From Bacteroidota bacterium (GTDB lineage: Bacteria > Bacteroidota > Bacteroidia > AKYH767-A > OLB10), in NCBI GenBank assembly GCA_016717725.1, contig JADKFA010000001.1, forward strand, positions 67,219 through 131,218: 64,000 bases of DNA, written 5' to 3'. The stretch's first letter is position 1. Each line of letters opens with the position of its first letter. The position numbers and the translations under genes are program-made. Under the pieces are notes generated by a model that ran no database searches, was not told the DNA's origin, and saw nothing but the letters and a program-made list of their open reading frames with translations. Of the stretch, positions 20,294 to 30,955 are shown in pieces.

Positions 20294-21670
20294 TTACCCA
20301 AACAACAATTCAAAAACCTCTTCTACTTTTCCAACAGGAATTACTTTGATGGTCGAATTGTCTTTCAATTTGTCTGTTCCTGTATTATAACTCGAGACAA
20401 ATATTTTCTTGAAACCTAATCGAGCAGCTTCGTTGATTCTGGCTTCTATACGATTCACGGGACGAATCTCACCAGTCAACCCCACTTCCCCAGCAAAACA
20501 GTAAGAGGGATCGATGGATAAATCTTCAGAAGAAGAAAGTATAGCACAGATAATAGCAAGGTCAATAGCAGGATCTTCAACACGTATTCCTCCAGCAATA
20601 TTTAAAAAAACATCTTTAGCACCTAATTTAAAACCGCAACGTTTTTCGAGAACAGCTAAAATCATATTCAATCGACGCAAATCATAACCGGTAGTGGAAC
20701 GCTGTGGTGTGCCATACACGGCAGAGCTCACCAAGGCTTGCGATTCAATTAAGAATGGACGAACGCCTTCCATCGTACAGGCAACAGCGGTTCCGCTTAA
20801 GCTTGCATCGCGTTGTGATAAAAGTAATGCGGACGGATTGGCAACTTCAACCAAGCCTGCACCTTGCATTTCATAAATTCCAAGTTCGGCGGTAGATCCA
20901 AATCTGTTTTTTTTAGCACGAAGAATTCGATACACATGATGACGATCACCTTCAAACTGCAAAACGGTATCCACCATATGTTCCAATACTTTTGGTCCTG
21001 CTATGGAACCTTCTTTTGTAATATGTCCGATGAGTAACACAGGAGTAGCTGTTTCCTTAGCAAAACGCAACAATTCTCCTGCGCATCCACGTATTTGAGA
21101 AACAGTTCCGGGAGCTGATTCATATACATTCGAATACAACGTTTGAATAGAATCCACAATGACTAAATCGGGTTGCAGCACTTCTATTTGGTGAAAAATT
21201 TGTTGTGTTGTCGTTTCCGTCAAGATATAACATTCACTTTGCAATTTACCAATACGCTCGGCACGCATCCTTACTTGATGTTCGCTTTCCTCTCCTGATA
21301 TGTATAAAATTTTCTTCCCCTTTAAATTAATTGCGAGTTGCAAGAGCAGTGTTGATTTTCCGATACCGGGTTCACCACCCAATAAAATTAAGGATCCAGG
21401 AACTATACCGCCACCCAGTACACGCATCAATTCATTATCAGGAATTATTATCCGCGGACTTGATTCCAAAGCAATTTCAGAAATCAACCTTGGCTTATTT
21501 GCTTTAGATTCTTTGAGGGGAGATGTTCTCCATTGATTTTCTTTTGCTGTAGGTTGAATTACTTCTTCCGCATAGGTATTCCATTCGTTACACGAAGGAC
21601 ATTTACCAATCCACTTCACGGAATTAGCTCCACAATTTTGACAATAAAATACTGTTTTCGTTTTTGCCAT
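20294..21670 (-). CDS. radA: DNA repair protein RadA
   Basis: N-terminal Zn ribbon CQNCG..CPSC, Walker A GEPGIGKST, a KNRFG motif and a Lon-like C-terminus. Confidence 0.95.
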   Translation of the reverse strand: MAKTKTVFYCQNCGANSVKWIGKCPSCNEWNTYAEEVIQPTAKENQWRTSPLKESKANKPRLISEIALESSPRIIIPDNELMRVLGGGIVPGSLILLGGEPGIGKSTLLLQLAINLKGKKILYISGEESEHQVRMRAERIGKLQSECYILTETTTQQIFHQIEVLQPDLVIVDSIQTLYSNVYESAPGTVSQIRGCAGELLRFAKETATPVLLIGHITKEGSIAGPKVLEHMVDTVLQFEGDRHHVYRILRAKKNRFGSTAELGIYEMQGAGLVEVANPSALLLSQRDASLSGTAVACTMEGVRPFLIESQALVSSAVYGTPQRSTTGYDLRRLNMILAVLEKRCGFKLGAKDVFLNIAGGIRVEDPAIDLAIICAILSSSEDLSIDPSYCFAGEVGLTGEIRPVNRIEARINEAARLGFKKIFVSSYNTGTDKLKDNSTIKVIPVGKVEEVFELLFG

Positions 21671-21724
21671 TATACTTTACTTCTAATAAAAAAATACATT
21701 TTGATTATTTATTCATTAAAAAAA

Positions 21725-22213
21725 CTAATACACTTTTTGTAACATATGCACATCGTGAAAAGCACCAAACTTTACTCCTACTTCACGCAATGTACCTATC
21801 ACGGAAAAACCAAGTCGTTCATGCAAATAAACACTTTGTTCATTCCCATGTGTTATTCTTGCAATCAACGAATGCAGTCCCAATTGTTCACCTTCCAAAA
21901 CCAATACTTCAAGCAATTGCTTACCCACTCCTTGTTTCCTAAAATCCTTATGCACATACAAACTAGTTTCGGCGGTAGAATTATACGCAGCACGTTCACT
22001 CCATCTACTTAAAGAAGCATAACCAATTACCACTTCATTCAATTCTGCTACAATAACAGGATGAATGGATTTATGTGCTCTAAACCAATCTACACGATCT
22101 TCTAAACTTTTCTCTTCAGTATCAAATGTAGCTGTTGTGGTTAGAATAGCTTCATTATAAATTTCGGTGATACGAGGCACATCTTTCTCTGTGGCTGGAC
22201 GAATGGTAATCAT
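21725..22213 (-). CDS. GNAT N-acetyltransferase (phosphinothricin acetyltransferase-like)
   Basis: IRPATEKDVPRITEIYN start and an RKQGVGKQL motif. Confidence 0.75.
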   Translation of the reverse strand: MITIRPATEKDVPRITEIYNEAILTTTATFDTEEKSLEDRVDWFRAHKSIHPVIVAELNEVVIGYASLSRWSERAAYNSTAETSLYVHKDFRKQGVGKQLLEVLVLEGEQLGLHSLIARITHGNEQSVYLHERLGFSVIGTLREVGVKFGAFHDVHMLQKVY

Positions 22214-22277
22214 ACTTCAAAATTAGCGAAATAACAATTGCAGCATTAAATATATAAAGAATGTTCGCTATTCATCC

Positions 22278-23327
22278 TCAAGCATTAAAAAAATTCTTAA
22301 CCATTAATTCTACACCTGTGCCTGGTAAAGAAGAAAGTAACAATGAACCATTTTCATAATTAGCTCCTGTAAAAGGATCATTACTAATCAATCTTGGGCC
22401 ATCCAAATCCACCCAATCGGCCCATGGGCTCAATTGTGCTGCTGCCATGGCTCCGCAAGTACCTTCTGACATACATCCTACCAATACTTTTAATCCAAGT
22501 TTATTGGCTTTACGAACTAGTGCTTGGGCAGGCTCTATTCCTCCGCACTTTAATAATTTTACATTTATACCATGGCATACTGAACTTAATCTTTCTAAAT
22601 CAGCCATTCCCTGTATGGATTCATCTAAAATAATAGGCAATGGTGACGATTGAAATAAACCAGCATATTCTTTCTCTAAGTTAACAGGAAGGGGCTGTTC
22701 AACAAACAAACAATTTCGTTCTTTTAGCCAATGCATCCATTCCAAACTTTCAGCAACACTTGTCCATGCTTGATTTGCGTCAACACAAAAAGGAGAAGTA
22801 GAATTCTTCAAATAAGCATCAATTCTTTCCTTATCATTATCACCTCCTAATTTTATTTTGAAAAATGTAAAATCGGAAGAATCATTCAATTTCTGAATAA
22901 GCACATCCGTTGAACTGATGCCTAACGTAAATGAACATAACACTTTCTTCGCTTCTTGGATTTCAAAAATGTTACGAACAGTTTGTTGAGTTAGTCGGGC
23001 AAATAGATCATACATCGCAATATCGACAGCTGTTTTAAGTGGCTTAGGAATTATCGAATTTCCTTCAGCCAATTTCGCCATTGTTGACCGAATCGCATCA
23101 CTTCCTTTCATTTCAGCAGGAAAATATTGATGAAAACTATTCACTAAAGCCTGAACATCATATCCTAAATATGGAGGAATGGCAGCTTCCCCATATCCTT
23201 CTATACCCATAAATGATGCTTTTATAAAAATGGCTTCTGTACTATTTCTAGTACCATGCGCTATTCCAAAAGGACTATTAAACAACAATTGAAAATACTT
23301 GATACTTAATTGTAAACTTTCTCCCAT
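22278..23327 (-). CDS. enolase-superfamily dipeptide epimerase (L-Ala-D/L-Glu epimerase-like)
   Basis: KIKLGG, VDANQAW, VEQPLP, ILDES and VKLLKCGG motifs of the MLE/MR subgroup. The true start may be an internal Met. Confidence 0.7.
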   Translation of the reverse strand: MGESLQLSIKYFQLLFNSPFGIAHGTRNSTEAIFIKASFMGIEGYGEAAIPPYLGYDVQALVNSFHQYFPAEMKGSDAIRSTMAKLAEGNSIIPKPLKTAVDIAMYDLFARLTQQTVRNIFEIQEAKKVLCSFTLGISSTDVLIQKLNDSSDFTFFKIKLGGDNDKERIDAYLKNSTSPFCVDANQAWTSVAESLEWMHWLKERNCLFVEQPLPVNLEKEYAGLFQSSPLPIILDESIQGMADLERLSSVCHGINVKLLKCGGIEPAQALVRKANKLGLKVLVGCMSEGTCGAMAAAQLSPWADWVDLDGPRLISNDPFTGANYENGSLLLSSLPGTGVELMVKNFFNA

Positions 23328-23415
23328 ATCGACAAAGTTATAAAAAGGAATGTCAAAATTTTATTTACTTTTAAAATAAACAACTATAAACCTATTCATA
23401 TAAAAAAATAAAATT

Positions 23416-24600
23416 ATGAGAATCACAATACTCCTATGTTGCCTTCTCTTTTCCTCTGCAAAAGCACAAACTCCGTTGCGGTTAAAGCTGACGGAGATAG
23501 CGAGAGGATTCACTTCTCCTATTGGTTTATTCTCACCAACAGATGCAACAGATCGTCTTTTTGTGATGGAACAGGGTGGAAAAGTAAAAATTATTCAGAA
23601 CGGAATCAAAATCGAAAAACCATTTATCAATATTTCATCTCAATTAGATGGACTGAACATCGCCTATTCTGAAAAGGGATTATTGGGAATGGCATTTCAT
23701 CCTGACTACAAAAAAAATGGATTGTTCTATCTCTATTACTCGGCTAAAACTCAACTGAGAGGAATGGATCATGAAAGCAGAATTTCTGAGTTCAAAGTTT
23801 CAGCCAATCCCAACCTGGCAGATGATAAAAGCGAAAGAGTGTTACTTACCATTCCACAACCAGAAAGCAATCACAACGGTGGGCAAATGGTTTTTGGTGC
23901 CGATGGATTTTTATACATTGGATTAGGAGATGGTGGCGGTGGTGGTGACCAACATGGTGTGAGTGGAAACGGACAAAACCTAAATACCTTGTTAGGAAAA
24001 ATAATTCGGATAGATGTAAACACATCCAAAGGTTATAAAATACCCTCCGACAACCCCTTCGCTAAAAGTGAAACCATTCAACCAGAAATATGGGCTAGTG
24101 GACTGAGAAATCCATGGCGATTTTCATTTGATCGAGCCACTCAAAAACTCTTCTGTGCCGATGTAGGTCAAAACAAATATGAAGAAGTTAACATCATTGA
24201 AAAGGGAAAAAATTATGGTTGGCGTTTGATGGAGGGCAATCATTGCTTTGATCCACCCGAAGGATGCGACACCAAGAAATATGCAGCACCCATCGCAGAA
24301 TATGATCATTCGGAAGGGGTTAGTGTAATTGGTGGATATGTATATCGCGGCAGGGAATTTCCTTCCTTACACGGATACTATATTTTTGGTGATTGGAATG
24401 GAGTATTATTTTACTTGCTTCAAAATGAAAAAACCAAATTGTGGGATCGAGGACCTATCTTTACCGAAAAAGAAAACAATGAAATTAACGGCAAAATAAA
24501 TAGTTTTGGAGAAGATGAGAGAGGAAATATTTATATTGTCACCCAAAAACTCTTTGGACCAAAAAGTCCGACAGGTGTAATTTACAAAATAGGCTACTAA
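23416..24600 (+). CDS. PQQ-dependent sugar (glucose/sorbosone) dehydrogenase family protein
   Basis: Signal peptide, plus HNGGQMVFGADGFLYIGLGDGG and NYGWR motifs. Confidence 0.8.
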   Translation: MRITILLCCLLFSSAKAQTPLRLKLTEIARGFTSPIGLFSPTDATDRLFVMEQGGKVKIIQNGIKIEKPFINISSQLDGLNIAYSEKGLLGMAFHPDYKKNGLFYLYYSAKTQLRGMDHESRISEFKVSANPNLADDKSERVLLTIPQPESNHNGGQMVFGADGFLYIGLGDGGGGGDQHGVSGNGQNLNTLLGKIIRIDVNTSKGYKIPSDNPFAKSETIQPEIWASGLRNPWRFSFDRATQKLFCADVGQNKYEEVNIIEKGKNYGWRLMEGNHCFDPPEGCDTKKYAAPIAEYDHSEGVSVIGGYVYRGREFPSLHGYYIFGDWNGVLFYLLQNEKTKLWDRGPIFTEKENNEINGKINSFGEDERGNIYIVTQKLFGPKSPTGVIYKIGY

Positions 24601-25985
24601 TGCGACTTGCAGATTTAATAAAAAAAGAAAGTGTACTCTGGGTATTGTTAATATCCACACAACTTTTTTTCTTTGCATACGCACAACTTCACCAACATAC
24701 CAAGACGGCTGACTCCGATGAGTACATTTATCAAGCAAAAAATTTAGTTGATCATTTCTCTACCTATAGTGGCGATTACAACGCTTCAAATTTAGATATT
24801 TCACTTTACGACCGAAGGACACCAGGGTATCCTGTATTTTTAATACTCACTAAAATTATTTTTAATTCAGATTTTCTGCCACTATTCTTACAATGCGTTC
24901 TATCCCTATTAAACATATTCATTGGCTATAAAATATTAAAGTTAATAAGTCCAGACACAAAAAAAACATATTTATATCTCTTTTTCTTTTTATTCTTTCC
25001 AAGTCAATTTATTTATGCTACTGTTTTCATGACAGAAATACTTTTTCAAGCTACACTACTACTTTGCATTTATTATTTATTGCATTTCGAAAAAAGCGGG
25101 AAATACAACTATTTTTATATCTACCATGTATTGCTTGCTATTGCTTATATCATTAAGCCTGTGGCACTTTTTCTATGGCTAGGTTATAGTTTATATAGTA
25201 TTATTGCGCATAACAAACGTGGAATTGCAAGACGACAAATTGCAGCAGCATTATTTCATGTACTTTTATTAGGCAGTTTTTTTCTTAAAAACTATCATCA
25301 AACTGGGATAGCTGAATATTCAGGAATTGGCAGAAAATTGTTAATCAATTATAATATGCCCGCCTTGCTCACCTTTTATGAAAATGAGACTTATGCTAAA
25401 AACAAAATAGATTCTTTACAATACATCTTAACCAACGAGTCCTATGCTTCTCAATGTGCTACAACCGACTTATTCATTCGGCAAGAAATCACAGCACATC
25501 CTCTCCATTTCATTCTTTTACAGGGCTATGGATCCATTAAATTTCTACTTGAAACTGGAAGATGGGATCTTGAATTATGGCGAATAGGCTATGAAAATGT
25601 CGAAAATATTCCTTCCTTAAAACGCACATACTCTTTGAATGGAATAAGCGGAGTCCTTCACGAATTAAATCGATGGTCAATTTTCTTTCTAATCTATTAT
25701 GGCTTAGTTATCCTAGCAACTATTGCTCTCTTCCTATTGTTCGTGGTCAGTCTCTTTAAAAAGTCGATAACTCGTTGGCACAAACTTCTACTTGTTTCAA
25801 CCATTATTTACTTCGCATTACTTTCGGGACCATCAGCTTCAGCAAGATTTAGGCTTCCCGTATTTCCTATTCTTGTTATACTTGCAGTGAGTAGCTTTAA
25901 TAAAAATGAATATCCATCTCTTACCTCCATCTCACAAGGCCGGTCTACTAATTTTCGACAAAAAATAAATAAATTTAAAAATTAA
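24600..25985 (+). CDS. polytopic membrane protein, ArnT/GT39-like glycosyltransferase candidate
   Basis: ~12 TM segments and an N-terminal loop with an RTPGYP motif typical of GT-C enzymes. The start overlaps the upstream stop. Confidence 0.5.
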   Translation: MRLADLIKKESVLWVLLISTQLFFFAYAQLHQHTKTADSDEYIYQAKNLVDHFSTYSGDYNASNLDISLYDRRTPGYPVFLILTKIIFNSDFLPLFLQCVLSLLNIFIGYKILKLISPDTKKTYLYLFFFLFFPSQFIYATVFMTEILFQATLLLCIYYLLHFEKSGKYNYFYIYHVLLAIAYIIKPVALFLWLGYSLYSIIAHNKRGIARRQIAAALFHVLLLGSFFLKNYHQTGIAEYSGIGRKLLINYNMPALLTFYENETYAKNKIDSLQYILTNESYASQCATTDLFIRQEITAHPLHFILLQGYGSIKFLLETGRWDLELWRIGYENVENIPSLKRTYSLNGISGVLHELNRWSIFFLIYYGLVILATIALFLLFVVSLFKKSITRWHKLLLVSTIIYFALLSGPSASARFRLPVFPILVILAVSSFNKNEYPSLTSISQGRSTNFRQKINKFKN

Positions 25986-26009
25986 AATTTCCCATTAAAT
26001 TTGCAGTCC

Positions 26010-27605
26010 ATGAACAGTAAGGATACACCATTTTATAAAATAATATTAGCCTTAACATCTGCCATTCTTTTTTGGATTGCCTGGCCCGCCAATGGGTTTG
26101 CGCCCTTACTTTTTGTTGCATTAATTCCATTATTGCTGCTTGAAAATACAGTACATCAACAGAAAATAATTAAAAATAAATCATTACTTTTTCCTTACAC
26201 CTATTTAAGTTTTTTTCTCTTTAACATTTTCAATACTTGGTGGATTTGGTATGCGAGTCCATTTGGAATGTTTGGTGCCGTTGCTGCAAATGCATTATTA
26301 ATGACCATCACCTTCCATTTTTTCCATATAACACGATTGAAATTTGGAAATGGAATTGGCTATACATCTTTACCAATTTATTGGGTAGCTTTCGAATATT
26401 TCCATCTAGATTGGGATCTTAGCTGGACCTGGCTTAATCTCGGAAATGGATTTGCTTCTTGGGTAAATATGGTTCAATGGTATGAATACACAGGAGTACT
26501 TGGTGGAACTTTTTGGATCATTCTGATCAATATTTTTGTTTATCATTTCATTCAAGATGGAAAAAAGACGAAACCAAAAATTGCATTAATTCTATTTTTT
26601 CTACTAAGTATTCCAATCGGAATTTCATTTCTTATTTTAAATAATTACTATGAAAAATCAGATCCCATTGAAGCAGTCATAGTACAACCCAATATTGATC
26701 CATATCATGAGAAATTTAGTGGAAATAGCGATCAACAACTCACTAAAATACTTCAACTTGCCATTAGTCAACTCAGCAATAAAACTCAACTTTTAGTATT
26801 ACCAGAAACAGCATTGCCAGATGGAATTTGGAATTCAGATTTAGAAATTCATCCACAAATAGAACGTATAAAAGAGTTTGTTAAAAATTATCCCAACCTT
26901 AAAATACTAACTGGACTTTCTTATTATCGCTATTTTTCTCCTGATGAAAAAATTAGCTCTACTGCTCGTAAATTTCTTGATGGCCCAGGTCATTATGATG
27001 CATACAACGCTGCTATCCAAATCAGCAATGGTAGTAAAATGCCATTGCATTTCAAATCCAAATTAGTACCTGGAGTAGAGAAAATGCCATTCCCGAGTAT
27101 TTTTGGTTACCTCGATGATTTTGCCATTGATTTAGGTGGAACAACAGGAAGTTTAGGCTACCAAGAATCACCAAGCGTTTTTAAAAGTGAAAAAATTATT
27201 GCTGCTCCTGTAATATGTTACGAATCTGTTTATGGAGATTATGTTGGTGAATATATTCGTAAAGGCGCTAACGTTATATGCATCATGACGAATGATGGTT
27301 GGTGGGATGACACGCCAGGTTATAGACAACATTGTCAGTATGCCCGCTTGAGAGCAATTGAACACAGAAGAAGCATAGTACGATCGGCAAATACTGGAAT
27401 TTCTTGTTTTATTAACCAAAAAGGAGAAATTACTCAGCCTACCGAATGGTGGGTTCCAGCGTGTATCAAACAAGAAATCAATTTAAACAACGAACTCACT
27501 TTTTACTCTCAACAGGGAGATCTAATAGGTCGCTGCTCATTTTTTGGTGCAGCCTTCTTCTTGGCAATCACTTTTTTAGGTCTGCTCTTCAAACGCAAAA
27601 AATAA
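26010..27605 (+). CDS. lnt: apolipoprotein N-acyltransferase
   Basis: N-terminal multi-TM region plus a CN-hydrolase domain (VLPE, K, ICYES catalytic triad context). ATG at 26010; the track start at 26001 is TTG. Confidence 0.85.
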   Translation: MNSKDTPFYKIILALTSAILFWIAWPANGFAPLLFVALIPLLLLENTVHQQKIIKNKSLLFPYTYLSFFLFNIFNTWWIWYASPFGMFGAVAANALLMTITFHFFHITRLKFGNGIGYTSLPIYWVAFEYFHLDWDLSWTWLNLGNGFASWVNMVQWYEYTGVLGGTFWIILINIFVYHFIQDGKKTKPKIALILFFLLSIPIGISFLILNNYYEKSDPIEAVIVQPNIDPYHEKFSGNSDQQLTKILQLAISQLSNKTQLLVLPETALPDGIWNSDLEIHPQIERIKEFVKNYPNLKILTGLSYYRYFSPDEKISSTARKFLDGPGHYDAYNAAIQISNGSKMPLHFKSKLVPGVEKMPFPSIFGYLDDFAIDLGGTTGSLGYQESPSVFKSEKIIAAPVICYESVYGDYVGEYIRKGANVICIMTNDGWWDDTPGYRQHCQYARLRAIEHRRSIVRSANTGISCFINQKGEITQPTEWWVPACIKQEINLNNELTFYSQQGDLIGRCSFFGAAFFLAITFLGLLFKRKK

Positions 27606-27658
27606 ATTCCGACTTCACCTTTTTTACGACTAATTTTGCATTACTAAAATAAAATGAA

Positions 27659-29065
27659 ATGTCAGTGTACGACGCTATAGTGATTGGATCAGGCCCAGGA
27701 GGATATGTTGCCGCTATCCGACTTGCCCAACTCGGAAAAAAAACAGCATTGATTGAAAGATACAGTGCTCTAGGCGGAACTTGTTTAAATGTAGGATGCA
27801 TTCCTTCAAAAGCTTTACTTGATTCTTCTGAACATTTTCATCAAGCCAAACATCAATTCAATGCACATGGAATTGAGGTGGTAGATTTGAAATTAGATTT
27901 TAATAAAATGGTGCAACGAAAAGCTGAAGTAGTTTCACAAACTGTTGATGGTATTCGTTTCTTAATGAAAAAGAATAAAATTACAGTGTACCAAGGACAT
28001 GGTAGTTTTAAAGATGCTAAAAGCATCATGATAACAAAAGACGATGGCACCACAGAAATAATTACAGGCGAAAAAATAATTATTGCTACAGGTTCAAAAC
28101 CTTCTTCATTAAAAGGAGTCACCATCGACAAAAAACGAATTATTACTTCCACGGAAGCTTTAAAACTTGATGTAGTTCCAAAACATTTATTGGTTATTGG
28201 CGGAGGTGTTATTGGTCTTGAGTTAGGTTCTGTTTACGCCCGCTTAGGAGCTAAAGTGAGTGTGATTGAATTTGCAGATGGAATTATTCCAGCTATGGAT
28301 CGATCATTAGGAAAAGAATTGCAGAAAATTTTACATAAGCAAGGTTTTAACTTTTATTTAAATCATGGAGTTACTTCTGTTACTTCACAAGATAACCAAG
28401 TAACTTTAAAAGCAACATCCAATAAAGATGGAAAAGAGATTGAACTTAGTGGTGATTACTGTTTAGTTTCTACTGGACGATCTCCCTACACAGCGAATCT
28501 AGGCTTAGAAAATATCGGAATTAATTTAGATGAAAGGGGAAGAATTCCAGTGAATGAATTTTTAGAAACCACTTCACCTGGAATTTATGCCATTGGTGAT
28601 GTGGTGAAAGGTGCTATGCTTGCTCATAAAGCCGAAGAAGAAGGTGTTTTTGTGGCTGAACATATTGCTAGACAAAAACCACATATCAACTATTTATTAA
28701 TTCCAGGGGTAGTTTATACCTGGCCAGAAGTTGCATCCGTTGGATATACAGAAGAAGAATTGAAAAGTAAATTAGTAAAATATAAATCTGGAAGTTTTCC
28801 ATTTAAAGCCAGCGGTCGCGCTCGAGCTAGTATGGATTTAGATGGTTTTATAAAAGTACTGAGTGATTCCACGACGGATGAAATATTAGGAGTACATATG
28901 ATTGGACCGAGGGCGGCGGATATGATTGCTGAGGCGGTTGTTGCCATGGAATTTAAAGCTTCCGCTGAAGATATTGCTCGAATTAGTCATGCTCATCCAA
29001 CCTATTCTGAATCTTTCAAAGAAGCTTGTTTGGCTGCAAGTGACAATAGAGCATTGCATATTTAA
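27659..29065 (+). CDS. lpdA: dihydrolipoyl dehydrogenase
   Basis: GSGPGGY FAD motif, GGTCLNVGCIPSK redox disulfide and a C-terminal HAHPT. Confidence 0.9.
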   Translation: MSVYDAIVIGSGPGGYVAAIRLAQLGKKTALIERYSALGGTCLNVGCIPSKALLDSSEHFHQAKHQFNAHGIEVVDLKLDFNKMVQRKAEVVSQTVDGIRFLMKKNKITVYQGHGSFKDAKSIMITKDDGTTEIITGEKIIIATGSKPSSLKGVTIDKKRIITSTEALKLDVVPKHLLVIGGGVIGLELGSVYARLGAKVSVIEFADGIIPAMDRSLGKELQKILHKQGFNFYLNHGVTSVTSQDNQVTLKATSNKDGKEIELSGDYCLVSTGRSPYTANLGLENIGINLDERGRIPVNEFLETTSPGIYAIGDVVKGAMLAHKAEEEGVFVAEHIARQKPHINYLLIPGVVYTWPEVASVGYTEEELKSKLVKYKSGSFPFKASGRARASMDLDGFIKVLSDSTTDEILGVHMIGPRAADMIAEAVVAMEFKASAEDIARISHAHPTYSESFKEACLAASDNRALHI

Positions 29066-29240
29066 TAAATCATAGAAAACATTTAATATTACTTTTTATT
29101 TATAATGCTGTCTAATTAACCGCCTACATTTGAATTAAGAACAACTGATTAGCAATAATTTATGTCTATTACAACGATCTTGCTTTAGTATTACCTTTTC
29201 TAGCCCTATTTTAGTAGAATTAAATAAAAACAACAGTTAA

Positions 29241-30920
29241 ATGAAAAAAATATTATTGGTAATTACTGGTCTAATTATCACGTTTAATGCAACTTCACAA
29301 ACATGGTCCTGGGCTGCTTCTTTGGGCGGAAGGTCCAATACAGATGGATCTATTGGAATGGACCGAGATGCGACGGGTAACATCTATATATGTGGAGATT
29401 TTGAAGGCACTCGAAATTTTGGAGGAACTTCTTTAACTGCAGCAGCATTCTCTGATTTCTATTTTTCAAAATTCAATTCAACCGGAACCCATCAATGGAC
29501 CATTCAGTTGAGTGGAACGGGAACTACCACCATTATAGCGAACGGAGTTGCAGTGGATGCATCAGGAAATATTATTGTTACAGGATATTTTAGTTACAAT
29601 GTAACTATTGGTGGAACTACGTACATAAATCCAGGTGGAAATGGAGATAGTTTTATAGCAAAATATAGTCCAACAGGAACATTCATTTGGTCAAAAGTAT
29701 TATCGGGGAATGGAAATGAATTTATTACTAGTGTAAAAACTTTAGGAAATGATATTTATATTAGTGGTGGCTATTCACAAGCACTAACTTTCGGAACTGT
29801 AAGTTTAGCTGCTCCAGCCGGTGGTTATGATGATGCCTTTGTAATGAAGTTAGATGCACAAGGCAATGCTGTTTGGGGTGTAAAAGGAGGAGGAAATAAC
29901 GATGATCGTGCACTTTGTTTAAGCGTAAGTGCCAATGCTATTTATTGGGCAGGGTTTTGCAATGCTTCTGCTTCGTTTGGTGGAGTAAATTTAGCTCCTG
30001 CTGGTTCAGGAGCGGATGTTTTTATTTCTAAATTAAACTCAAGTGGCGTTCAATCTTGGGTGAAAAGATATGGAGGCAATTTAGGTCAACAAATCAATGG
30101 TATTAGCCAAGATCCGTGGGGCAATCCGATATGCACTGGAAACTTTTATGCAACATTAAATTTTGGCACTGGATTACTTTTAACTGAAGCCTACGCGATG
30201 TTTCCTGCAGGAAATGGAGATGGGTTTGTTGCTAAATTGAACGGAAGCGACGGAACATGTTCATGGGTACGTCAAATAAAATGTATCAATGGCGATAATA
30301 ATGAAGTAAGCAACGGAGCTGTAACCGATCCAGGTGGTAGTACCTATGTAACAGGACATTTTAACGCTACAACGGTTTTTGCTTCAAGTTCAAATCAAAC
30401 TGGACCATCCCTCGTTTCAACAAATGGAAAAGATGCATTCGTAGCTAAATATTCTCAAACAGGCACATTGTTATGGGTTCAAAAAATTGGTGGAAGCAGT
30501 AATGACCAAGGGAAAGCAGTTGTTTATGATGCCAATGGAATTTGTACTGTAGCTGGCAATTTCGGAGGTACGCTAACGTTAGGTTCCACTACTCCTATTA
30601 CAGCAAGTCCAGGAGCGGCAAGTGTATTCATTGCAAAGTATGATGGTTTAAGTGCTGGAGTTGATGAGCCCTTAAACACATTGAAATTTGAAGCGCATCC
30701 AAACCCAGCGGATCAATTTATAACGGTTACTTCGGAACTCACTGATCCAATTCAACAAATCGAAATCTACACACTCACTGGTGTTCGTGTTCTTGAAATT
30801 AAACTTGATGCTCACTCCAACGAATATAAAATTGACATTTCTGAATTGAGTTCAGGCTTGTATTTTTTACAAATTATAGCTGGAGAAAATAAAGGCGTAA
30901 AAAAGATTCAAATAAAGTAA
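29241..30920 (+). CDS. secreted beta-propeller (SBBP-type) repeat protein with a T9SS C-terminal sorting domain
   Basis: Signal peptide, repeated G..D.G..I..D..GN.Y..G modules, and a C-terminus HPNPADQFITV..IEIYTLTGVRV..LSSGLYFLQI typical of the Por_Secre_tail. Confidence 0.75.
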   Translation: MKKILLVITGLIITFNATSQTWSWAASLGGRSNTDGSIGMDRDATGNIYICGDFEGTRNFGGTSLTAAAFSDFYFSKFNSTGTHQWTIQLSGTGTTTIIANGVAVDASGNIIVTGYFSYNVTIGGTTYINPGGNGDSFIAKYSPTGTFIWSKVLSGNGNEFITSVKTLGNDIYISGGYSQALTFGTVSLAAPAGGYDDAFVMKLDAQGNAVWGVKGGGNNDDRALCLSVSANAIYWAGFCNASASFGGVNLAPAGSGADVFISKLNSSGVQSWVKRYGGNLGQQINGISQDPWGNPICTGNFYATLNFGTGLLLTEAYAMFPAGNGDGFVAKLNGSDGTCSWVRQIKCINGDNNEVSNGAVTDPGGSTYVTGHFNATTVFASSSNQTGPSLVSTNGKDAFVAKYSQTGTLLWVQKIGGSSNDQGKAVVYDANGICTVAGNFGGTLTLGSTTPITASPGAASVFIAKYDGLSAGVDEPLNTLKFEAHPNPADQFITVTSELTDPIQQIEIYTLTGVRVLEIKLDAHSNEYKIDISELSSGLYFLQIIAGENKGVKKIQIK

Positions 30921-30955
30921 TTATACATTTTTAATAAAAAGAGAGTCGTATAAAC